Assembly (NCBI GenBank): GCA_034530615.2
Contig: JAVRCV020000008.1
Span: 96,001 to 160,000, forward strand
DNA: 64,000 nucleotides
Direction: 5' to 3'
Source: Aulosira sp. ZfuVER01
Lineage (GTDB): Bacteria > Cyanobacteriota > Cyanobacteriia > Cyanobacteriales > Nostocaceae
Shown here one piece after another: positions 41,211 through 48,462 of this stretch. Numbering within the stretch: the stretch's first letter is position 1; each line of letters opens with the position of its first letter. The notes under the pieces are model-generated. The model made no database searches, was not told where the DNA came from, and saw nothing but the letters and a program-made list of their open reading frames with translations. Both the position numbers and the translations under genes were made by a program.

Positions 41211-42410
41211 ATGAAAAAAGACTTTTTATTTACATCTGAATCTGTCACCGAAGGACATCCTGATAAACTTTGCGATCAAATTAGCGATGCCATTGTCGAT
41301 CAATTTCTCCGGCGAGACCCCTTTGCCAGAGTCATTACTGAATGTGCGGTATCGACGGCGATTGTCTTCATTTCTGCTAGGTTTGAGTCGGATGCGATCG
41401 TAGATTTTACAAAAATAGCCAGACAAGTAATTAAGCAGGTGGGTTATGACCAGTCTGATTTTAATGCTAAGACTTGTAGCATTATGACGAGTTTGAAAGA
41501 ATTACCTAACAGTGAAAATCGCTGTTGGGATGAAAAAAAACTCTCGGAACAGGAGATAGAAGATATTCCCGTCAAAGACCAAGTGACGGTATTCGGTTTT
41601 GCTTGCAATCAAACTAAAGTTTTGATGCCACTTCCTATTTGGCTGGCACACCAATTAGCTAGAAGATTAACCAATGTCAGGCAGGAGAAAATATTGCCAT
41701 ACCTCGCACCTGATGGTAAAACTCAGGTAGCAATTGAATACAAAAATAGCAAACCTCATCGAATTTATAGTATTACTTTAATTGCCAGTCAAACCAAACT
41801 ATCAGCTTCAAATGCTGCTAATCTCAAACGCCTTCAAGAAGATTTGCGAGCAAGTGTAATTGATGTTGTTTTTGCAGACGAAGAACTCAAACCCGATGCT
41901 AACACCAGAATATTTATTGACTCTGACGATCCCTTTGCAATTGGTGGCCCTTCTGTTCATTCGGGGTTAACGGGTAGGAAGAATGCCATAGATACTTACG
42001 GCGAATATTCCCGCCACAGTGGTGCAGCACTAAGTGGCAAAGACCCCACACGCATAGATAGAGTCGGAGCTTATGCAGCGCGTTATGCTGCGAAGAATAT
42101 AGTTGCAGCAGGTTTAGCTGATGAATGTGAGGTGCAACTTACCTACTCTATTGGACTTTCTCGCCCAGTGAGCATTCAAGTAGAAACCTTTGGCACAGGT
42201 AAGATGGATGATGAAGAAATTGCTGTAATTTTAGAAAAGAATTTTGATTTCCGCCTTGCAGGAATTATTCGGGAGTTTAATTTAAGATATTTGCCTGCAA
42301 TTGTCAAAGGCGGATTTTATAAAAAGCTTGCGGCTTACGGTCATGTAGGTAGGTTAGATATTGGTGTTTTGCCTTGGGAAGAAATTGATAAAGTGCCGAT
42401 TTTGCAATGA
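41211..42410 (+). CDS. metK: Methionine adenosyltransferase family protein (divergent MetK paralogue)
   Basis: FTSESVTEGHPDK, PDGKTQV, GLTGRK, SGKD, AAYGHVGR; several canonical substrate residues altered. Confidence 0.85.
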   Translation: MKKDFLFTSESVTEGHPDKLCDQISDAIVDQFLRRDPFARVITECAVSTAIVFISARFESDAIVDFTKIARQVIKQVGYDQSDFNAKTCSIMTSLKELPNSENRCWDEKKLSEQEIEDIPVKDQVTVFGFACNQTKVLMPLPIWLAHQLARRLTNVRQEKILPYLAPDGKTQVAIEYKNSKPHRIYSITLIASQTKLSASNAANLKRLQEDLRASVIDVVFADEELKPDANTRIFIDSDDPFAIGGPSVHSGLTGRKNAIDTYGEYSRHSGAALSGKDPTRIDRVGAYAARYAAKNIVAAGLADECEVQLTYSIGLSRPVSIQVETFGTGKMDDEEIAVILEKNFDFRLAGIIREFNLRYLPAIVKGGFYKKLAAYGHVGRLDIGVLPWEEIDKVPILQ

Positions 42411-42478
42411 ATTTCCAAGTCCTAACGCACCATCTGAGACTTGTGGTGCGTTAGCGTGCAGCATAACACATTCACACT

Positions 42479-42751
42479 TTATTCTATGGGTTTAGCTGAC
42501 TTCATCGGCTGTTCAGCAAGCTCAGTTCTGGCTTCTGTTAAGATATCCTCCCAAGCGTCGTTGATTTCTGCGATCGCTCCTTTGTTGTTTTCATAGAAAA
42601 GAATTGCACGTTTAATCGCTGCTTTGGTAATTGGTCTAGCTACACGCGCGATCGCTGGTGCAAATAATGGTAGAAGTACGATTGCTGCAATACCTGTTAC
42701 ACCAAGGCCTTCAACTAAATCTTCAATGTCTGGTAAAAATTTAATTGACAT
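42479..42751 (-). CDS. Small membrane-associated protein (DUF5132-like)
   Basis: GLGVTGIAAIVLLPLFAP..ARPITKAAIKRAILFYE...WEDILTEARTEL. Confidence 0.7.
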   Translation of the reverse strand: MSIKFLPDIEDLVEGLGVTGIAAIVLLPLFAPAIARVARPITKAAIKRAILFYENNKGAIAEINDAWEDILTEARTELAEQPMKSAKPIE

Positions 42752-42842
42752 AGTATTTTCACCTTCATTGTTCTAATCACTTTTATTTTATGCCCGTGTA
42801 ATCAAAAACTTTTCACCACTTCACAATTTAATGCGGATCTTT

Positions 42843-43700
42843 ATGAGCAATAGTCCTGCGGTTAAAACAATTCTTGTACTTGCAGCTAGTCCCGTAGATC
42901 GAGCTAGACTGCGCTTAGACATAGAAGTGCGTGAGATTGAAGAAGGGTTGCGACTGTCTAAATATCGCGACCAAATTAAGTTGGTATCTCGATGGGCTGT
43001 GAGAATCAAAGATCTGCGTCGAGTATTGTTAGATTTAGAACCCCAAATCGTGCATTTTTGCGGTCATGGTGTTGATGAAGGAATCATATTTGAAGACGAA
43101 CAAGGCAAAGGTAAACTAGTCACTACAGAAGCTTTGGCGAATCTGTTTGAGTTATTTGCAGGTCGAGTTGAGTGTATTGTACTCAATGCTTGTTATTCCC
43201 AAGCGCAAGCCAAAGCGATGATTCAGCACGTTGGTTATGTAATTGGGATGAGTAAAGCTATTGGGGATGAAGCTGCAATTAATTTTGCCGTGGGGTTTTA
43301 TGATGCTCTTGGTGGCGGACGTAATGTAGAAGACGCTTACAAGTTTGGTTGCAATGCAATTCAACTGCAAGGAATTCCAGAGCATTTGACTCCCATTATC
43401 CAAATTAATACGGCATTAAAGGCTGCATTGGGATCTACGCAAACAACTACCATCACACCTCAACCAGCAAAGCCTGCTCCGAAAATAGATCGAATGAAGT
43501 TGATTAAACTACTCAATGATATACCGCCGCAACAGTTGGATATGCTGTTGTTTGCAGTAGACGCGCCTAATGGTGTAGTTCCACCACTCACTGCTCCCCA
43601 AGGCGATCGCGCTGCTGCATTATTAAGATGGGCACAAAGTCCAACAGGTTGTGGTTTGGCAGCACTGCAACAAGAATTAGATAACATCCTTTGTTCGTAG
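42843..43700 (+). CDS. CHAT (caspase-like) protease with C-terminal ~68-aa effector-associated/death-like domain
   Basis: ILVLAASP..RLRLDIEVREI; catalytic His in HFCGHG and Cys in VLNACYS; GFYDALG. Confidence 0.9.
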   Translation: MSNSPAVKTILVLAASPVDRARLRLDIEVREIEEGLRLSKYRDQIKLVSRWAVRIKDLRRVLLDLEPQIVHFCGHGVDEGIIFEDEQGKGKLVTTEALANLFELFAGRVECIVLNACYSQAQAKAMIQHVGYVIGMSKAIGDEAAINFAVGFYDALGGGRNVEDAYKFGCNAIQLQGIPEHLTPIIQINTALKAALGSTQTTTITPQPAKPAPKIDRMKLIKLLNDIPPQQLDMLLFAVDAPNGVVPPLTAPQGDRAAALLRWAQSPTGCGLAALQQELDNILCS

Positions 43701-43728
43701 TTGCGCTTTAGCGCTAAAGCGCAACTAC
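43697..43728. repeat. Perfect 32-bp palindrome (GTAG-type REP-like)
   Basis: gtagttgcgctttagcgctaaagcgcaactac equals its own reverse complement. Confidence 0.85.
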
Positions 43729-43863
43729 AAACCGAAACGATCGCTTGTGTAATTAATTGAAAACGGTGCGTTTACTCCGTGAGACAACATATCCTACATT
43801 TAAGGGAAAATTGGCGTAGGTTTTGTTGTTCTAAAATAGAACATTACTCTTGTCAACCCGTTA

Positions 43864-46353
43864 ATGGTTACACCCCAACGCGATCGCTTTGCACTCATCA
43901 AGCTGCTGAATGAGATAACGCCGCAAGATTTGGATATGCTTTTGTTTGCAGTGGATGCGCCGAATAATATAGTTCCACCACTGACAGCACCCCAAGGCGA
44001 TCGCGTTTCTGCATTATTGAGATGGGTGGAAGGATCGACGGGTTGTGGTTTGCGGGTATTGCAACAGGAATTGGCAGAAATTGTCCCGCTACCGCAGAAC
44101 GACGAAATTGCAACAGCACAATTGTGGAATATACCATACCCGCGCAACCCGTTTTTTACAGCGCGTGAAGCTGTATTGCAAGAATTGCGGGAAGCTTTGT
44201 TAACCAAGAAGCTAGCAGCATTAAGCGGCTTGGGTGGGATTGGTAAAACTCAGACTGCAATTGAGTATGCTTATTGCTATAAAGATGAGTATCAGCAAAT
44301 ACTTTGGGTAAGGGCGGCTTCACAGCAAGAATTGGTGTCGGGTTTGGTGAAGCTGGCAGAATTACTCAAGTTACCCATCAGCCAAGAACAGGATGAAAGC
44401 ATAATAATTAACGCAGTTAAGCAGTGGTTAGCAACACATAACGACTGGCTGTTGATTGTAGATAACGCCGATGAAATAGCGATGCTGCGGGAGTATCTAC
44501 CAGGGGCGCATCAAGGTTATGTGTTGTTGACTACCCGCGCTCAGGCGACGGGGATATATCAGCAAATTGAAATTAAAAAGTTGCAACCGGAAGATGGGGC
44601 GCTGTTGTTGCTACGGCGTGCGAAACTGATTGCAGAAAATGCGGGGTTAAATGCAGCAACAGAAGAAGAATGCTGTTTAGCAGCAAACATCTCGCGGGAA
44701 ATGGACGGTTTACCCCTAGCATTAGATCAAGCAGCAGCGTTTATTGAAGAAACTCCTTCGAGTTTGGCGGAGTATTTGCAATTTTACCGGGAAGAAGCGG
44801 CGAGACTGCTGGCGGAACGAGGCGAACTGGCAATTGATCATCCCAGCGTGAGCATCACCTTTTCCCTAGCTTTTGAGAAAGTAATGCAACGTAACCCCAC
44901 CGCCGCCGATTTGATTGGCGTTTGCGCTTTTTTAGCACCCGATGCGATTCCTGAAGAAGTTTTTACCGAGGGTGCGGCAGAATTAGGGGAAAACCTCAGC
45001 CAATTAGCAAACAAACCCCTAGATTTTGTCAAAGTCATCGCCGAAGCGGGACGCTTTTCGCTGATTTACCGCAACTCGTCTAATAAAACCTTGGATATTC
45101 ACCGCCTAGTGCAGGAAGTGTTAAAAGCCGAGATGGATGAAGACAGCCGCCGTCTTTGGGCAGAAAGGACTGTTTGTGCAGTTACAAAAGTCTTTCCGAA
45201 TGTTGAATATGCAAATTGGCGGCTATGTGAGCGACTTTTACCCCATGCTAGAGTTGCAATTGATTGGATAAAGCAGTGTCAATTTGAGTTGGAAGCAGCC
45301 GCTTTGTTACTTGCTAAGACTGGCTACTACTTGCAGGAACGTGGACAGTACAGTGAAGCCGAACCTCTGTATCAAAAAGCATTGTCACTCAGGCAACGGC
45401 TGCTGGGAGAAGAGCATCCCTCTGTCGCCACCAGTTACAACAACCTGGCTTATCTCTACGAATCCCAAGGCAGGTACAGTGAAGCCGAACCTCTGTATCA
45501 AAAAGCATTGTCACTCAGGCAACGGCTGCTGGGAGAAGAGCATCCCCATGTCGCCATCAGTTACAACAATCTGGCTTATCTCTACGAATCCCAAGGCAGG
45601 TACAGTGAAGCCGAACCTCTGTTTCAAAAAGCATTGTCACTTAGGCAACGGCTGCTGGGAGAAGAGCATCCCGATGTCGCCATCAGTTACAACAATCTGG
45701 CTTTACTCTACAAATCTCGAGGCAGGTACAGTGAAGCCGAACCTCTGTTTCAAAAAGCATTATCACTAATGCAACGGCTGCTGGGAGAAGAGCATCCCCA
45801 TGTCGCCACCAGTTACAACAATCTGGCTTCACTCTACTATTCCCAAGGCAGGTACAGTGAAGCCGAACCTCTGTTTCAAACAGCTTTGTCACTAAAGCAA
45901 CGGCTGCTGGGAGAAGAGCATCCTTATGTTGCCCAAAGTTACCACAATCTGGCAGGACTCTACGATTCCCAAGGCAGGTACAGTGAAGCCGAACCTCTGT
46001 ATCTAAAAGCTTTGTCACTTTATCAACGGCTGCTGGGAGAAGAGCATCCTGATGTTGCTCAAAGTTACCACAATTTGGCAGGACTCTACGATTCCCAAAG
46101 CAGGTACAGTGAAGCCGAACCTCTGTATCTAAAAGCATTGTCACTTAGGCAACGGCTGCTGGGAGAAGAGCATCCCCATGTCGCCACCAGTTACAACAAT
46201 CTGGCTTCACTCTACTATTCCCAAGGCAGGTACAGTGAAGCCGAACTTCTGTGTCAAAAAGCTTTGGAAATTGCGGAACGCAGTTTAGGGGTGAATCATC
46301 CCAAAACAATTACTATCCGTAATAATCTGCAATTATTGCGCGATCGCACTTAA
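43864..46353 (+). CDS. NLR-like protein: N-terminal adaptor domain - NB-ARC (STAND) NTPase - TPR repeats
   Basis: WNIPYPRNPFFTAR, GLGGIGKT Walker A, LLIVDNAD Walker B, LLTTR, GLPLAL, IHRLVQ; 42-aa TPRs. Confidence 0.93.
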   Translation: MVTPQRDRFALIKLLNEITPQDLDMLLFAVDAPNNIVPPLTAPQGDRVSALLRWVEGSTGCGLRVLQQELAEIVPLPQNDEIATAQLWNIPYPRNPFFTAREAVLQELREALLTKKLAALSGLGGIGKTQTAIEYAYCYKDEYQQILWVRAASQQELVSGLVKLAELLKLPISQEQDESIIINAVKQWLATHNDWLLIVDNADEIAMLREYLPGAHQGYVLLTTRAQATGIYQQIEIKKLQPEDGALLLLRRAKLIAENAGLNAATEEECCLAANISREMDGLPLALDQAAAFIEETPSSLAEYLQFYREEAARLLAERGELAIDHPSVSITFSLAFEKVMQRNPTAADLIGVCAFLAPDAIPEEVFTEGAAELGENLSQLANKPLDFVKVIAEAGRFSLIYRNSSNKTLDIHRLVQEVLKAEMDEDSRRLWAERTVCAVTKVFPNVEYANWRLCERLLPHARVAIDWIKQCQFELEAAALLLAKTGYYLQERGQYSEAEPLYQKALSLRQRLLGEEHPSVATSYNNLAYLYESQGRYSEAEPLYQKALSLRQRLLGEEHPHVAISYNNLAYLYESQGRYSEAEPLFQKALSLRQRLLGEEHPDVAISYNNLALLYKSRGRYSEAEPLFQKALSLMQRLLGEEHPHVATSYNNLASLYYSQGRYSEAEPLFQTALSLKQRLLGEEHPYVAQSYHNLAGLYDSQGRYSEAEPLYLKALSLYQRLLGEEHPDVAQSYHNLAGLYDSQSRYSEAEPLYLKALSLRQRLLGEEHPHVATSYNNLASLYYSQGRYSEAELLCQKALEIAERSLGVNHPKTITIRNNLQLLRDRT
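45343..46224 (+). repeat. Seven near-identical 126-bp repeats encoding 42-aa TPR units, plus a terminal capping repeat from 46225
   Basis: Units of GRYSEAEPLxQKALSLxQRLLGEEHPxVAxSYNNLAxLYxSQ; tacagtgaagccgaac recurs every 126 bp. Confidence 0.95.
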
Positions 46354-46443
46354 CGGCTATTTATAAGCGATCGCATTATTACTCATCTTTATTTTGTAAT
46401 GCGATCGCAGAATCAATTTCTGAGCGTCGCATCACTTCATAAT

Positions 46444-47064
46444 TTAATGCGGAAAGCTTTGAAAAATTTGTTCGGCATTCAAATTTAATTCTGGGAAAGC
46501 TTGTGAGATGAGACTCTCGCTGTTACGGAATTGTCGGACTTGGTATTCGCCCTCAACTAACGAGTAAATTGAGATAGTGGGTTGCTTAGGATTGCCGATA
46601 AACCGCCTACCACCTAAAGCAGCATAATCTACAATCCAGTATTCGGGAATGCCTATTGCTTCATAGTCAGCCGCTTTTTTTAAATAATCATCTCTCCAGT
46701 TGTTACTAACCACCTCAACAACTAAAGGAATTGATTCTGGAAGGCTGACAGTTGATTCTTTTTTCCACAGAGGCTCATTCACTAAATTAGGCTGATTTAA
46801 TATTAGGACATCTGGTGAATAAGCTGATTCACCCTCTGGTGGTTTAACAAACGCTGTTTTGGGAATAAAGTAAGGCAGTTTTAAACGTTTATATTCTGCA
46901 ACTATTTCTCCAACTAAAAACCCAATAACCTGTTCATGGTCGCCAGTTGGTGGGGGCATCTCAACAATTACTCCATCATACAGTTCATAGCGTTGTGGCG
47001 CATTTTCTGGATACCAAGCGATAAAATCATTAAATGTTACTAGCGCCCGTTTGGCTTGAATCAT
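46444..47064 (-). CDS. Uma2 (DUF820) family putative endonuclease
   Basis: RYELYDGVIVEMPPP, YSPDV, LVVEVVS, DYEAIGIPEYWIVD. Confidence 0.92.
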   Translation of the reverse strand: MIQAKRALVTFNDFIAWYPENAPQRYELYDGVIVEMPPPTGDHEQVIGFLVGEIVAEYKRLKLPYFIPKTAFVKPPEGESAYSPDVLILNQPNLVNEPLWKKESTVSLPESIPLVVEVVSNNWRDDYLKKAADYEAIGIPEYWIVDYAALGGRRFIGNPKQPTISIYSLVEGEYQVRQFRNSESLISQAFPELNLNAEQIFQSFPH

Positions 47065-47201
47065 AAATTATTTTCTCTATCGTCTTCATATTGATTACAA
47101 GGTGCAGAGCATACCTCAAACATATCTGTTTTACCCATTAACCTGCAAGCGCTCGAAGGTTGAGTTTGTTTGCAGCAACGATTAATCCTTAAAAATGCGA
47201 T

Positions 47202-47367
47202 CGCATTGCCCTGCAATTGAATTGCATCGACCTGCAATTGTGTTGCATTGCCCTACAATTGCATTGCATTGCCCTGCAATTGTGTTGCATCGCCCTGCAA
47301 TTGAATTGCATCGCCCTGCAATTGTGTTGCATTGACTTGCAATTGTGTTGCATCGACGTGCGATCGC
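47202..47367. repeat. Tandem array of seven 21-bp units plus a partial eighth (consensus TGCATYGCCCTGCAATTGTGT), bounded by HIP1 sites
   Basis: Units start at 47202, 47223, 47244, 47265, 47286, 47307, 47328; GCGATCGC at 47197-47204 and 47360-47367. Confidence 0.9.
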
Positions 47368-47451
47368 TAAATTACCCTTTGATTTACTTTACTGATAAGT
47401 TTTTTTGTCGTAATGGGTACATTAAATGTGTAATTTACCACGTATGAGTAT

Positions 47452-47838
47452 ATGCCAGCCCAAGATACAACACGCCGCTTGCGCCCTCAACTGATTAGTC
47501 AAGATATAGATTCATGGCACGGTTTGCAAACTGTCAGCACCTACAATACAAGCCGTGCTGATGCTTCTGCTGCTAAGTTAAAGCAAGCTTATCAGGCGAT
47601 GTTGGCACAGAAACAAGCCGAAACAGAAACACTAACTTTACACCGTGCGGCGGCGGATGCGGCGCGATTAGCAGAATGGGAATTTCACAATACTGTATTA
47701 GCGATGAAAGAAGTTATCCGCGGGCAATATGGATCGGATAGCGATGAAGCGCAGGCGGTGGGACTGAAGAAAAAATCAGATCGCAAACGTTCTAAGCGGA
47801 AAAAGCCAAGTGCGATCGCCACTTCAGGAAACTCTTAA
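47452..47838 (+). CDS. Hypothetical alpha-helical protein with basic C-terminal tail
   Basis: 128-aa ORF, Ala-rich helices, ending QYGSDSDEAQAVGLKKKSDRKRSKRKK. Confidence 0.8.
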   Translation: MPAQDTTRRLRPQLISQDIDSWHGLQTVSTYNTSRADASAAKLKQAYQAMLAQKQAETETLTLHRAAADAARLAEWEFHNTVLAMKEVIRGQYGSDSDEAQAVGLKKKSDRKRSKRKKPSAIATSGNS

Positions 47839-47852
47839 CGAGAAACTTGCCC

Positions 47853-47884
47853 AGATCCCCAACTTCTTTAAAAGTCGGGGATTT
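47853..47884. repeat. Dispersed palindromic hairpin, copy 2 (between convergent genes)
   Basis: agatccccaacttctttaaaagtcggggattt. Confidence 0.7.
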
Positions 47885-47893
47885 AAATACATC

Positions 47894-48424
47894 TTATTTC
47901 AGTGAGTTTTGCTCTAAATACCGCATTACTCCTGTACTCATTGCTAATAAATTCGGTTCAATATTTTTCCCCAAAAAATCTTCAACTACATGGGCAATTG
48001 TACCTGTGAGGAAAAATGGTACTCCCTTGATTTGTTTGGGATCAATTACTAATTCGCCACGGCTTTCAATTATTGTATTGTTGCCATCTGCCAAAAAGCG
48101 ATTTGTGCCACCACACTTGACTGCTTCTGTAAAAGCGTGAGTTTCAATCCGCCATTCAAGTGTAAATTTACTCTCATTCCATGTATTGTATTCTGTCCAA
48201 GAAAGCATATCTTCACTGAGTACAGCTCTTGCTGCTGCTGGAATTTCACTACCACCGTGCCATACATTGACACTATCAACTTTTCCCTCAGTTTCCTGGC
48301 GCGATTTAACTTCGATGTAGCGCACGTTTGGCATATAGGGAACTAGCTCAACCAGTTTGTCTCGGTAGGTAGCATAAACTAGGGAGCGTGGAAAGGAAAT
48401 TTTAGTATCAGCACAGATCAGCAT
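47894..48424 (-). CDS. START/SRPBCC-fold-like hypothetical protein
   Basis: FPRSLVYATYRD..., alternating beta-strand pattern, C-terminal amphipathic helix; fold call is an inference. Confidence 0.55.
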   Translation of the reverse strand: MLICADTKISFPRSLVYATYRDKLVELVPYMPNVRYIEVKSRQETEGKVDSVNVWHGGSEIPAAARAVLSEDMLSWTEYNTWNESKFTLEWRIETHAFTEAVKCGGTNRFLADGNNTIIESRGELVIDPKQIKGVPFFLTGTIAHVVEDFLGKNIEPNLLAMSTGVMRYLEQNSLK

Positions 48425-48462
48425 TAATTAATACCAAATCAAAAGAGAAATGCAATCAGGAA

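Noticed and set aside
45284..46144. Alternative-frame ORFs 45284-45769 (+) and 45683-46144 (-)
   Set aside because: By-products of the 126-bp TPR repeats; the main frame has clear domain motifs
45343..46224. Diversity-generating retroelement acting on the TPR repeats
   Set aside because: No reverse transcriptase or separate template repeat seen, and variation is not confined to adenines
33942..47064. Two Uma2 genes as boundaries of a mobile island
   Set aside because: Uma2/DUF820 genes are highly multicopy in cyanobacteria, the two copies are dissimilar, and no integrase or direct repeats were seen
47202..47367. Possible CRISPR array
   Set aside because: Units are contiguous with no unique spacers, and no cas genes are in the window
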